IMG/VR virus record: IMGVR_UViG_3300044825_002891
Coordinates: 1-64,000 of that record
Length of the DNA stretch: 64,000 nucleotides
Reading direction: 5' to 3' (one strand)
From: a virus
The notes beneath the pieces were generated by a model. The model ran no database searches. It was not told the DNA's origin and saw only the letters and a list, made by a program, of their open reading frames with translations. The translations under genes were made by a program, and so were the position numbers. Shown piece by piece: positions 45,934 to 56,020 of the stretch (positions are counted from its first letter, which is position 1; each line of letters opens with the position of its first letter).

Positions 45934-46676
45934 TGTTCATTGCGCCAAGAACATGGAAGGCGGCTGAATCCGCCATTCGTCACGAGTCTTTTAACTCGGG
46001 CTTGCCTGGAAACCTTGAAGCCTTTAGACCGCTAATGACCAGGCGCGTAGGGATTGCAACAAAAAGTAGCGAGGTTGTTTACCTCCAGCGTGGCTCGAAC
46101 ACAACGACTGTTAGCTCCACAAACTACTTTGACGGCGGCGTATACGGTGAGGACAACCCCACAGAGCAGCTTCTCGGCAGCGGGATGGTTACAACGGCAT
46201 ATAGTCCGGTAAATCCGCCCTGCGTGCTGTGGGTGCCCTTCAAAGCTCTAAATGCCGCAAAGAAGTCTTCCGAGAGCATCTACATTCAGGTTCGACTAAA
46301 CGCCCAATATGCTCCGATCGATCCGTATAACAATATCTATCCGATTACGGGGTCGCTAATCGAGTACGAGTACCTTGGTTCCGAAGCGGATTCCTCCCCG
46401 GCATCAAATATATTTTCAAGTCTCGGCTGGAGCTCTTCGCTTTCTTCAAACACTCGATCAAGCGCGTCAAGAATCTACTTGGCAACAGGAGAATCGCTTC
46501 TCGATACATCTGCAATGTCAACAACAGACGTTTCTCTAGCAGCGTTCAGATTCAGACTGAAGCAGTATGTAATCCCATTGACGCCGCCGCCCTCCGTTGG
46601 GCCAAGGATCTTCTATTTCCCGGGCCCGGATATTCTCACCGACTTCCTCATTCGTGTTGACGTGGTGGTGAGGTAA
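45933..46676 (+). CDS. minor tail protein
   Basis: APRTW start; TAATG coupling. Confidence 0.55.
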   Translation: MFIAPRTWKAAESAIRHESFNSGLPGNLEAFRPLMTRRVGIATKSSEVVYLQRGSNTTTVSSTNYFDGGVYGEDNPTEQLLGSGMVTTAYSPVNPPCVLWVPFKALNAAKKSSESIYIQVRLNAQYAPIDPYNNIYPITGSLIEYEYLGSEADSSPASNIFSSLGWSSSLSSNTRSSASRIYLATGESLLDTSAMSTTDVSLAAFRFRLKQYVIPLTPPPSVGPRIFYFPGPDILTDFLIRVDVVVR

Positions 46677-47197
46677 TGACAAGAAACATTCAGAGATCTG
46701 ATTTTCTTGACATCTTTAAAAGCACAAACACCGTCGTAGACGATGTCACTCGTCGCAATCCCAATGTGCTCGTATCAAACCCCACCCGAAACACGACAAC
46801 GGGTGCCGTTGAGAATCGCGCCATTACGATCACCACACTAGCGCCAGCTTGGTACGAGGTTGTTGTGCTCAACCAGACTATGGCTGTCTTTGGTGGGCCA
46901 ATCGAGATTCGTTCCAGGGTCAAGGTCACTGCGATCGCCAGCAATACATACCTAAACCTGTCTTTTGGCGTTGACGGAGCGGAGGTCACGGGCAACCGAT
47001 ACGGCCTCGCAAGAATCGACTCGCTCGACTTCAACCCGGTTCTTGAGTACAGCCACATCGTGACCGGCATTCCGGCAGGGACACACAAGTTCTCTATTTT
47101 CGCCAGCGTAGAGTCTAGGTCTGGCAGTGGCTCGGGGTTTTCCGCAACCCTGACTCAAGGCATTGCTGAGCGCATCATCGTCAAAGAGGTCAAGTAA
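46676..47197 (+). CDS. minor tail protein
   Basis: Beta-rich; TGIPAGTH. Confidence 0.55.
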   Translation: MTRNIQRSDFLDIFKSTNTVVDDVTRRNPNVLVSNPTRNTTTGAVENRAITITTLAPAWYEVVVLNQTMAVFGGPIEIRSRVKVTAIASNTYLNLSFGVDGAEVTGNRYGLARIDSLDFNPVLEYSHIVTGIPAGTHKFSIFASVESRSGSGSGFSATLTQGIAERIIVKEVK

Positions 47198-47742
47198 TGG
47201 GCTGGACAACACCCGCAACGTGGGCTAGCGGTGACTGGAATCTCCAGATCCGCGACAACCTCCAGTACCTATACCAGGACCTGATTCCGGCAGGCACAAT
47301 CATGGCCTACTGCTCGTCTTCTCCGCCGACGGGTTTCCTCTTGTGCAACGCAACGGCGGTAACCAACGTCGCCCCGTACACCAACCTATATGCTGTGCTA
47401 CCAGGTAGCGGCACGAAGTACACGCCGGACCTTCGCGATCGTTTCATTGTCGGCGCGGGAAGCTCTTACGCGAACACCAATACTGGCGGCGCCGCTTCCC
47501 AAACACACAGCCACACCGAGGGAAACCTTACAGCCCGATATTTGATGGGCAGCAATGGCGTCAACTATTACCAGGATCGCGGCACAAGCGGCTGGTATAC
47601 AACAGCTGTGTCCGGCAACAACTACAGCGGCTCTGTTCAGGGTCCGCTTGGAAGCGGCGCTGCTGTGGCTGGCTCTACTGGCGACGTGACACTAGACAAC
47701 CGTCCGCCCTACTACGCACTAACGTACATCATCAAGTATTGA
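47197..47742 (+). CDS. tail fibre with collar domain
   Basis: MGWTTPATW, P.GTI...P.GFLLCN, TPDLRDRFIVGAG, NRPPYYAL.YIIK. Confidence 0.85.
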   Translation: MGWTTPATWASGDWNLQIRDNLQYLYQDLIPAGTIMAYCSSSPPTGFLLCNATAVTNVAPYTNLYAVLPGSGTKYTPDLRDRFIVGAGSSYANTNTGGAASQTHSHTEGNLTARYLMGSNGVNYYQDRGTSGWYTTAVSGNNYSGSVQGPLGSGAAVAGSTGDVTLDNRPPYYALTYIIKY

Positions 47743-49174
47743 TCTTGAGACCGTCTGCGGCGTAGACCTCAAGACTGCGTTTCATCCACTGCTTGTATAG
47801 CGGTTCGACGTTCCTGTCTACAAAGTCGTAGACGATCGCGTCTTTCTTACGGGGATCGGATCGCTCAACCCGGCCAACTTGCTGGCGAATCACAGCAGAG
47901 TTCTTGGTGGGCCACACGAGGTACAGCCTGTCCAGAATCGGAATGTCAAGCGCCTCGTCAGCGATCGTAGAGAAGATCACGCACTGGCCCGACTCAGCTT
48001 CCCTGGCAACTCGCATCCGCTCCTCTGTGCTCTCTTTGCCGGTCAGCATGAACAGGCGCGTGGGGTCAAACACCTCAAACCTCATCACTTCGTTGCGCAA
48101 CGCATGCAGGTGATCTAAGCGCTTGGAAAGCACGAGGTTCGAAGAGTCATAGTTGCCCTTGATCCTGCGCGCGATCAGCGCATTTCTGTCCTCGTCCTGG
48201 ATTAGAGCGGCAAGCATCTGCTGGTAGTTGTTCTGATGCCTATGCTTGCCGCTCTTTTCGCACCCAGGAATCTCACAGGAGTCGTCTGCGTAGTGCGTTG
48301 ACCAGTAGCCGAACGAAAAGTCGGTCTGCACCCTCACTACGCTGGGCTTCATAAGGAGTCCGCTCTCGACAAGATCCTTCTTGTCGGTCTTGTGGATGAT
48401 CGGACCAAGAACGCTGTATGCCATCTCAAGAAGGCCATTGTCTCTGTCGGGAGTTGCCGACACGCCAATGCGCCACATTGCTGGAAATGCGTTCATTACA
48501 GAGAAGAACGTGCTTGCCGTAACGTGATGGCACTCGTCAAGACAGACGAAACCCCACTGAGCAAACCACTCGTCGGGCATTTCGCCAATCTTGTTGGCGA
48601 GGGTTTGGTTGAGGGCGATCGTGATTGGCTGAGACTCATCCCACTGACCATCGCCAATAACTCCTGGCCTGAACCCAAGGAATCTCTCACACCTGTCTGC
48701 CCACTGAGAGGCGATGTTGGTGGTGTTGACAATCACCAGCGCCTTTTGCTGGGTCTTGGATATGGCAGCTAGTGTCGTGACGGTCTTACCGGACCCAGGA
48801 GGAGCCTCGTAAATGCCCGCACCAAAGTCGAGAATTTTCTGTACCGCTTCCTCCTGGTGCGGTCTCAGATCTGATAAGAGCTGCGGTACAGAGACTTCAT
48901 TGAAAGCGGTGCAATCTTCTAGCTTCACTTCAATGTCGCAGTACTCAAGGTAGCTGAGCAGGTGCGGCAGAACGCCTCTGGGCACAAGTAAGGCGTCATC
49001 TTCTTCGAAGTAGATGTAGATCTTCTTCGGGATGTTGAACCAACCCGGGATCTTCTGCTTCTTAGCATTCTCTCTTTCCGGATTGTCAATGGAAAGAGTG
49101 TCTTCAATCTGGCTCTTGATATGCCAGGGAAGACCAGTTATCGAAACTATGTTGTCAACTTTGCAGGTTACCAT
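47732..49174 (-). CDS. SF2 DEAD/DEAH-box helicase (UvsW/XPB-like)
   Basis: LRPHQ, APPGSGKT, DECHH, SATP, QQVGRVER. Confidence 0.92.
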   Translation of the reverse strand: MVTCKVDNIVSITGLPWHIKSQIEDTLSIDNPERENAKKQKIPGWFNIPKKIYIYFEEDDALLVPRGVLPHLLSYLEYCDIEVKLEDCTAFNEVSVPQLLSDLRPHQEEAVQKILDFGAGIYEAPPGSGKTVTTLAAISKTQQKALVIVNTTNIASQWADRCERFLGFRPGVIGDGQWDESQPITIALNQTLANKIGEMPDEWFAQWGFVCLDECHHVTASTFFSVMNAFPAMWRIGVSATPDRDNGLLEMAYSVLGPIIHKTDKKDLVESGLLMKPSVVRVQTDFSFGYWSTHYADDSCEIPGCEKSGKHRHQNNYQQMLAALIQDEDRNALIARRIKGNYDSSNLVLSKRLDHLHALRNEVMRFEVFDPTRLFMLTGKESTEERMRVAREAESGQCVIFSTIADEALDIPILDRLYLVWPTKNSAVIRQQVGRVERSDPRKKDAIVYDFVDRNVEPLYKQWMKRSLEVYAADGLKINT

Positions 49175-49347
49175 CAGAGAAAGTCTCTTGTACTTCCACT
49201 GATGTTTCCTTTGACAAGTCTTTCGACGATTGAAGAACTGTTAGCACCTTTCTTTTGAGGTGCTACTTGGAAGTCTGGATAGATCGTCTTTTTCCAGACT
49301 CTTCCATCAGAGTCAATCCAGTCGAATGTTGTGGGATTTTCGAGCAT
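49174..49347 (-). CDS. hypothetical protein (57 aa, not in ORF track)
   Basis: MLENPTTFDWIDSDGRVW...; TGATG overlap with the helicase. Confidence 0.45.
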   Translation of the reverse strand: MLENPTTFDWIDSDGRVWKKTIYPDFQVAPQKKGANSSSIVERLVKGNISGSTRDFL

Positions 49348-49571
49348 GTCTAACCAATAAAGGGAACGCGAGCTGCGTCCGTCGTTTTGGCTCTAGCGCT
49401 ACACCCAGTGAAAGGCCCGGGCTGCCGTCCTAGCTCCTCTACGACTTCTTGGGCGGCAGTATGGCACACATCGCGGACATGTCCAACGACTTGCGTCCGG
49501 GGTGCCATCGTGTATGATGCCTCGGCAACGTGCCAAGCGAACGTGCGAGGCACAGACAGACCGGAGGAACG

Positions 49572-49814
49572 ATGAAGGAAGACACCATCCCCACGGGGAC
49601 CGACGGACGCCCTCTCGCCAAGGTGACGATGGGCGCGGAAGAAAAGATCGGTCTCCCCAACTACAGCAACGTCACCCTAAACGGTTGGGTCACGCGCTAC
49701 GTGGAGGATACGCCCGAGGCGATCGATGCCGGGCTTCGCGAGTGCGTTGCTGCCGTGGAGGCTGTGATCGCAGAGGAGCGCCAGGCAGTTCTGGCGATGG
49801 TCCAGGGCAAGTAG
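49572..49814 (+). CDS. hypothetical protein
   Basis: GGAGG SD; EEKIGLPNYSNV; first gene of the replication operon. Confidence 0.7.
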   Translation: MKEDTIPTGTDGRPLAKVTMGAEEKIGLPNYSNVTLNGWVTRYVEDTPEAIDAGLRECVAAVEAVIAEERQAVLAMVQGK

Positions 49815-49818
49815 CCTA

Positions 49819-51108
49819 GTGGCCGACTTCGACCAGCTGCTGATCAACAAGCTGGCACAGACGCAGTCTCTAGAGCAGGCCATCGCAGTCGGCGTAACGC
49901 CGTCGATGTTCTCCTCAGACGACTGTCGCAATCTGTGGCTGGCGATGGTTGATCACTTCACCAAGTACAAGACATCGCCCTCGATGGTTGCCCTCAATGA
50001 GATGGCACCATCTGCGGCCCCGAACTTCCACCCTGAGCTTGTCCAAGAGCCGCTGGAGTACGTCCTCGACGGCTTCATGAAGCAGGCTCGCCGCAGAGCA
50101 GCAATGCTGCATGTCCGCAATCTTGCCGAGGCTGTGGACACCCCGGAGAGAGCGGCCTCGATCGAAGAAGAGTTCATGGCTGCTGCCAGAGACATGGGGC
50201 AGATGTTCATCTCCAGTCGTGTGGCTAAGTTCAGCGACGTTCGAGAGCGCATTAGGACATACCACGAACAGGCATGGTCTCGTACGACAAACGGGATCCT
50301 GTACGGGATTCCCTCGATCGACGAGGTTACCAACGGCATCCAGTCCCACGAGTACGTCACCGTCTCAGGCTGGAGCGGGACGGGCAAGTCCACGCTCACG
50401 ATGTTCATTCTGTTCAACGCCTGGAAGCAGGGCAAGACGCCGCTTCTTTTCTCGCTTGAGATGGAGAGCGACGCGATCATGCGCAAGTTCGATACGCTCA
50501 AGACCAACTTCAGCTACAACAACCTCAAGCGCTTTGATCTCTCCGAAGAGGAGCGGGAAAAGTGGGAGGCTGCTGCGGACGAGATTGAGCAGGCGAAGTC
50601 CGACATTATCGTGATCGATGACGTTGGTCGCTGCACTGTCGAGCGCGTCTACAGCGAGATGCAGCGATACCAGCCCGATATCGTGGCGATCGACTACATC
50701 ACGCTGATGGAGACGACGCGCAAGACCAACGCCCACTGGGAGGCGGTCACGCAGATCACGCGCGACTTGAAGCTCACAGCTAGGGACCTGAACATCCCCA
50801 TCATCGGGGTCGCTCAGACAAATGCTGTATCCGATGGCGACTACAAGGGTTCTAACATCGCCTACTCCAAGAGCATTGTCCGCGACTCAGACGTGATGTT
50901 CGATCTGTTCTGCGATGACGAGATGCGCGCTGCCAAGAAGATGCAGCTTCGTCTTGTCAAGAACAGGGACGGCCGCGCGCTCAACACAGATCTTCTGTGG
51001 GATGTTGAACACATGCGCTTCGAGCCGTGGCTGGAGTCCATGGCATTCACCCAGACGGAGCAGTTCAAGGCTCTGGTTGGAGGGGGTGATGATGGACTTC
51101 AGGGTTGA
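49819..51108 (+). CDS. dnaB: DnaB-like replicative helicase
   Basis: SGTGKS, SLEM, IDYITLM, LKLTARDLNIPII..AQ, KNRDG. Confidence 0.92.
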   Translation: MADFDQLLINKLAQTQSLEQAIAVGVTPSMFSSDDCRNLWLAMVDHFTKYKTSPSMVALNEMAPSAAPNFHPELVQEPLEYVLDGFMKQARRRAAMLHVRNLAEAVDTPERAASIEEEFMAAARDMGQMFISSRVAKFSDVRERIRTYHEQAWSRTTNGILYGIPSIDEVTNGIQSHEYVTVSGWSGTGKSTLTMFILFNAWKQGKTPLLFSLEMESDAIMRKFDTLKTNFSYNNLKRFDLSEEEREKWEAAADEIEQAKSDIIVIDDVGRCTVERVYSEMQRYQPDIVAIDYITLMETTRKTNAHWEAVTQITRDLKLTARDLNIPIIGVAQTNAVSDGDYKGSNIAYSKSIVRDSDVMFDLFCDDEMRAAKKMQLRLVKNRDGRALNTDLLWDVEHMRFEPWLESMAFTQTEQFKALVGGGDDGLQG

Positions 51109-52135
51109 TGTGATCGAGTTTCTGGAGATCAACAACGTCAAGAACATCAGCGTTCGGGGCGACGAAGTCATGTTCTCCTGCCCTTTTCCCGGCCACAAGC
51201 ATGGGGATAAGAGCCCAAGCGCCTCCATGAACGCCAGCAATACGGCCTGGCTCTGCTTCGGCTGTGGTCGCAGGGGCAATGCCGCGACGTTTCTTGCGGA
51301 GATCGAAGAGTGTTCTGTCTTCTCCGCTCGAAAGTGGCTGCGCGAGTACTTCGGCAACGGCTTCAGAGAGCCCCTGAGCACGCTTGCTGCCGAGATCGAC
51401 GACATGTTCACCGAACAGAGTGACGAGGTGGAAGAGGTCAATCAGCCCATTCCCGAAGAGCTGATGCACGACTACCTCATGAACTGGAAGCTCGTTGCGT
51501 CGGATCCCGATGCTCGCGACAAGGTCCCCGGGATCACCTACCTGCTTGACCGTGGGTTTTCACCAACCACCTTGATGAACTACGACGTTGGTTACGACAC
51601 GCGCGATGAGCGAATCGTGCTAAGTGTCCGGAACCTCGAAGGCGAGCTGATCGGCATCAAGGGACGCGCGGTTCGGGCCGAGCAACAGCCGCGCTACCGC
51701 GTGTACGGGCGGCCCAGGATTGATTACAAGCCCTACAGCACCGGAGAGGTCGTGTATCTCGGTAATGTCGCGCAGGGTCGCGGCGACATCATCGTATGCG
51801 AGGGAGAACTGAACGCTCTCAAGATGCACGAGTTCGGCCACCTGAACGCGGTCGGTATCTCCGGCGCATCGTTCACCAAGGGTCACGCCGACATCATCGC
51901 CAAGATCGCAGACAGGGCGATCCTGTACTTCGATTCCGACCATGCAGGGCTCGCGGGAGCTCTCACGGCGGCCGACCTGCTAGTTTCCCGCATACCCGTA
52001 CTCATTGTCCCGCCGCACGAGCGAGACGCGGCAGACAGCACCAAGGAAGAGGTAGATGACCTGATAAACAGAGCCAAGACCATTCTCGACCCAGCGAACG
52101 ACTACCTTACACCCCTTACCAAGGAGCAAGCATGA
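51092..52135 (+). CDS. dnaG: DNA primase (CHC2 Zn finger + Toprim)
   Basis: CPFPGH...PS...CFGCG, CEGE, FDSDHAG. Confidence 0.92.
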   Translation: MDFRVDVIEFLEINNVKNISVRGDEVMFSCPFPGHKHGDKSPSASMNASNTAWLCFGCGRRGNAATFLAEIEECSVFSARKWLREYFGNGFREPLSTLAAEIDDMFTEQSDEVEEVNQPIPEELMHDYLMNWKLVASDPDARDKVPGITYLLDRGFSPTTLMNYDVGYDTRDERIVLSVRNLEGELIGIKGRAVRAEQQPRYRVYGRPRIDYKPYSTGEVVYLGNVAQGRGDIIVCEGELNALKMHEFGHLNAVGISGASFTKGHADIIAKIADRAILYFDSDHAGLAGALTAADLLVSRIPVLIVPPHERDAADSTKEEVDDLINRAKTILDPANDYLTPLTKEQA

Positions 52136-52857
52136 GCTTCGACTTCACCAAAGTGCACGACGCCAGCAAGGCGATCGCGGATCGCGCCCAGGGTTTCTCC
52201 GGGCCCCGCAACTTCATCTACTTCCGCCTGCCGAACGACGGCGATGCGGCGAACGTGCGGTTCATCTCCGCCGAGGCGGCCTTCTGCCACTCGGTCACGA
52301 TGCCGAACAAGAAGTACCCGGACTGGATCCCCTCGCTGGACCAGAGCCAGCCGTACGTGGACGTGACCAGCGAGTGCCCGATGGCCCAGGCCGGGCTGCG
52401 GCGTGCCCTGCGCGGCTGGATCAGCCTGGTCTGGCGCGACGCGCCGCTGTACAAGCGCGACGATGACGGGCGGATGATGAAGGACCAGTTCGGCAACCTC
52501 ATCCAGGTCGGTGAGCAGGACCAGATCGCCGTCTGGACGGTCGGCATCCAGGTCATGGAGAACATGGCTGAGATCAACGCCCAGTACAAGGGCCTGTCCT
52601 CGCGCGACTTCAAGGTCAAGCGCAAGGGTCAGGGCCTCAAGACCAGCTGGACGATCGTGCCCGCTGATGTGGACGCCGGTCCCCAGGCCCTCTCGAAGGA
52701 GGACGAGGCGCTCATCGAGAACGCCCCGGACCTCAAGGAGTTCAGCACCCCGCCGGAGCGCGAGAAGCTGCTGGCCATGATCTCCGGTGCGCCCGATCAG
52801 GGCGGCGCCAACATGGAGGCCGCCATGGCCACCAACCCGTTCATGCGGAAGCGCTGA
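52132..52857 (+). CDS. single-stranded DNA-binding protein (phage gp32-like)
   Basis: F.L..DGD...RF, VW, L.SRDFKVKRKG.GL.TSW; between primase and polymerase. Confidence 0.7.
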   Translation: MSFDFTKVHDASKAIADRAQGFSGPRNFIYFRLPNDGDAANVRFISAEAAFCHSVTMPNKKYPDWIPSLDQSQPYVDVTSECPMAQAGLRRALRGWISLVWRDAPLYKRDDDGRMMKDQFGNLIQVGEQDQIAVWTVGIQVMENMAEINAQYKGLSSRDFKVKRKGQGLKTSWTIVPADVDAGPQALSKEDEALIENAPDLKEFSTPPEREKLLAMISGAPDQGGANMEAAMATNPFMRKR

Positions 52858-52864
52858 TCGGACT

Positions 52865-52947
52865 GCCCGGGTGGCGGAATCGGTAGACGCGCCAGGTTTA
52901 GGTCCTGGTACCCATCGGGTGTGGAGGTTCAAGTCCTCTCCCGGGCA
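52865..52947 (+). tRNA. tRNA-Leu (UAG)
   Basis: Acceptor GCCCGGG/CCCGGGC; CCAGG-TT TAG GT-CCTGG; long variable arm; T-loop TTCAAGT. Confidence 0.95.
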
Positions 52948-52951
52948 TTAG

Positions 52952-55900
52952 ATGTTTACTCACCTACACAGACACAGCGAGTTCTCCGTGCTGGATGGCA
53001 TGGGCACAGCAGACGACTACGCCGAGCGGGCAGCCGCTATTGGCCAGCATGCCCTTGCGCTAACCGACCACGGAACCATGGGCGGCGCCCTGCACCACAT
53101 TCAGGCTTGCGCTAGAAACGACATCTTTCCGATCGTGGGCGTCGAGGCGTACTACAAGCCCAATCGAGCCCCACACGATCAGACAAACAGGGACTACTAC
53201 CACACTGTTCTTCTTGCTAAGAACATGACCGGGTGGCGCAATCTGCTGGCGCTCACCAGTGCGTCGTACAGAGACGACGCCTTCTACTACAAGCCCATCA
53301 TTGACGATGAGATGCTGAAAGCGCACAGCGAGGGCATCGTGGCGTCCTCCGCCTGCATGGCCGGATTCCTTGCCAAGTCCATCTTCGCCGGAGACAGCAC
53401 TGGTGCCGCGTCGTATATCAAGAAGATGCAGTCGATCTTCAAGGACGATTTCTACTTTGAGATCATGCCGAACACTGTGCCCGATCAGAGGCAGCTGAAC
53501 GCTGAGATCGTATCGCTTGGCTGGCAGCACGGCATTCCGGTCGTAGCCACCACCGACGCACACTATGCCTGTGCTGACTGGGCCGCTACACACAAGATCC
53601 TTGTCGAGCACATCTATCAGCACGAGGATGGAACATTGTTCCTCATGAGCGAAGATGAGGTGCGGCAGGCGTTTGCAACCAATCATCCTGACCTACCCTC
53701 TGAGGTCATTGACCAGGCAATCAAGAACTCTGGCGAGATTGTGTCTCGCTGCAACATCTACACGATCAGCAAGCGCCCCAAGTACCCCCGCACCGCTACG
53801 CCAGAGATGGCGCGTAAGAAGTTGCAGGACTGGTGCGACGAGGGTATGGATAGACTCCTTAGTCAGTCTCGTGTAACGGCTGGGAAGGCTGACTCGTACC
53901 GTGAGCGTGTGCAGTACGAGCTTGATGTGTTTGAGAACAACGGCGTTCTCGACTACTTCGTCATTGTTGGTGACCTCGTTCGCTGGGCTAAGGAAAACGG
54001 CATCCAGGTTGGTGTCGGACGCGGCTCAGCGGCAGGCTGTCTTGTCTCCTACCTGATTGGAATCACAGGCATTGATCCGATATCGCACGGTCTACTGTTC
54101 GAACGATTCCTCAATCCTGAGCGCAAAGGCATGCCTGACATCGACATTGATTTCGACTCAGAGGGCCGTGAAAGAGTCAAGCAATATCTTCGGGACAGGT
54201 GGGGAGAAGATCATGTTGCTGACATCATCACCTACCAGACGTATGGCGCCCGTAGTGCAATCAAGAAAGTTTCCGCTTCGCTGAAGCTGCCTTTTGAGGC
54301 AACCAATCGCCTTACCGAAACCATCGGTGACGAGGGCAGTCTCCTGGATCTGCGCGAGGTGAACGAGCACCTTGACAGGTGGGCCAATGACCACCCAGAT
54401 GCGTGGCAGCACGCGCTCAGGCTTGAGGGTCAGACCAGCGCCGAGAGCAAGCACGCTGCTGGTGTGATTGTCACCGACAAGCCGATCGAGGAATACATGC
54501 CCACCATGCGGGCCCGGGACGGCTCCAAGACGACCGCATGGAGCGATCGTGCCGAGTTCCCGATCATCAGCGCCTACGGTTTTCTGAAGATCGATCTCCT
54601 CGGCCTGGCGGCTCTTTCGCGATGGTCCATGTGCTGTGATCTGATCCGGCAGAACCATGGCGTCGAGGTTGATCTGAACCATCGTCCGGAGCCCGTGTGC
54701 TGGGACCCCTCTGCTGGCGACCCGGACATCCTCCAGCGGTTCCAGTACGACACGATCGGCGTCTTCCAGGCAGAGACATTTGGGATTTCAAGTGTTCTGC
54801 GACAGATGAAGTGCGACCACTTCAACGACATTGCAGCAGCGATTTCGCTGTTCCGGCCGGGCCCGATGGATAATATCCCTGCCTACTGTGCCCGCAAGCT
54901 TGGCAGGGAGCCCGTCAGCTACCTTCATGACGACCTTGAGCCGATCCTAGGAGAGACCTTCGGGCTCTATGTCTACCAGGAGCAGGCCATGCAGATCGCT
55001 CAGGTCATGGCTGGCTGGACTCTTGGCGAGGCCGACACGTTGCGCAAGGCTATCGGCAAGAAGGACGCCAAGCTGATGGCCTCTTTGAAGGGTAAGTTCA
55101 TCGAAGGTTGCCTTGGCCGTGGCCATAGTAAGGGTTTGGCCGAATCCCTATGGAAGGAGAACGAGGCGTCCCAGCGCTATGCCTTCAATAAGAGCCACGC
55201 TGTCAGCTATGCCGCCGCCGCCTACACTGATATGTGGCTGAAGCATCACTACCCCGCTGAGTTCTACACGGCGCTGATCTCAACTGTTCCGAAAGCCAAG
55301 CGCAACGAGAAGGTGCCGAAGATTCTTCGGGCAGTGCAGGCTAGCGGCATCAAGCTGCTTGCGCCCGACATCAACAAGAGTGAGGCAGACTTCTCCACCG
55401 ACGGTACTGCCATCCGCTTTGGTCTCTTGTCAATCAAGGGCTTTGGTGAGGGGGCCGCAAACGAAATACTCGAAAAGCGCCCGTTCTCCAGCGCCGAGGA
55501 TCTTGAGCAGAGAGTTGCGCCTAGGAAGTGCAACTCGGCCAACAGGAAGGCAATGCTTGAGTGCGGGGCGCTTGATGACTTTGGTGCTCGCGACGATTGG
55601 TCTCAGCAGGATCGCATTCGTACTGAGATTGAGAAGTTGGGATTTTCGATCAGCCGTGACGTGACAGAGCTCATCGATACAGTGAGGCAGCTGTGTCACT
55701 CCCCGCTTGAGATCGAGGATATGGCTGACGAGGAAGAGTGTGTGATCGGCGGCGAGATTGTCGAGGTCAAGCAGATCAACACCAAGCGTGGCGAGATGAT
55801 GGCTTTTGTGACGTTTGCGGTCGGCCAGGATTCTTATCGGGCTACGTTCTTCCCGCCTTCATTTTCAAAGTACGCGTCGCTGCTTGAGCAGGGCCAGTGG

Positions 55901-56020
55901 GTCATGGTCAACGGTCGAAAGGACGATCGCGGCGGCGTCAAGGCACAGGTGGCGTGCTTTGTGGACGAGTTAGTCAAAGAAGTAAAGAAACATGAACTGG
56001 AGGAAGTAGGTGCCCGTTGA
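52952..56020 (+). CDS. dnaE: DNA polymerase III alpha subunit
   Basis: PHP HLHRHSEFS.LDG/TDHG, GRGSAAG, PDIDIDF, YAFNKSHA, OB fold. Confidence 0.97.
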   Translation: MFTHLHRHSEFSVLDGMGTADDYAERAAAIGQHALALTDHGTMGGALHHIQACARNDIFPIVGVEAYYKPNRAPHDQTNRDYYHTVLLAKNMTGWRNLLALTSASYRDDAFYYKPIIDDEMLKAHSEGIVASSACMAGFLAKSIFAGDSTGAASYIKKMQSIFKDDFYFEIMPNTVPDQRQLNAEIVSLGWQHGIPVVATTDAHYACADWAATHKILVEHIYQHEDGTLFLMSEDEVRQAFATNHPDLPSEVIDQAIKNSGEIVSRCNIYTISKRPKYPRTATPEMARKKLQDWCDEGMDRLLSQSRVTAGKADSYRERVQYELDVFENNGVLDYFVIVGDLVRWAKENGIQVGVGRGSAAGCLVSYLIGITGIDPISHGLLFERFLNPERKGMPDIDIDFDSEGRERVKQYLRDRWGEDHVADIITYQTYGARSAIKKVSASLKLPFEATNRLTETIGDEGSLLDLREVNEHLDRWANDHPDAWQHALRLEGQTSAESKHAAGVIVTDKPIEEYMPTMRARDGSKTTAWSDRAEFPIISAYGFLKIDLLGLAALSRWSMCCDLIRQNHGVEVDLNHRPEPVCWDPSAGDPDILQRFQYDTIGVFQAETFGISSVLRQMKCDHFNDIAAAISLFRPGPMDNIPAYCARKLGREPVSYLHDDLEPILGETFGLYVYQEQAMQIAQVMAGWTLGEADTLRKAIGKKDAKLMASLKGKFIEGCLGRGHSKGLAESLWKENEASQRYAFNKSHAVSYAAAAYTDMWLKHHYPAEFYTALISTVPKAKRNEKVPKILRAVQASGIKLLAPDINKSEADFSTDGTAIRFGLLSIKGFGEGAANEILEKRPFSSAEDLEQRVAPRKCNSANRKAMLECGALDDFGARDDWSQQDRIRTEIEKLGFSISRDVTELIDTVRQLCHSPLEIEDMADEEECVIGGEIVEVKQINTKRGEMMAFVTFAVGQDSYRATFFPPSFSKYASLLEQGQWVMVNGRKDDRGGVKAQVACFVDELVKEVKKHELEEVGAR

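Noticed and set aside
52865-52947. Amber suppressor or TAG recoding, and attP in the tRNA
   Set aside because: Anticodon UAG reads CUA (Leu); genes end normally at TAG; no integrase in the window
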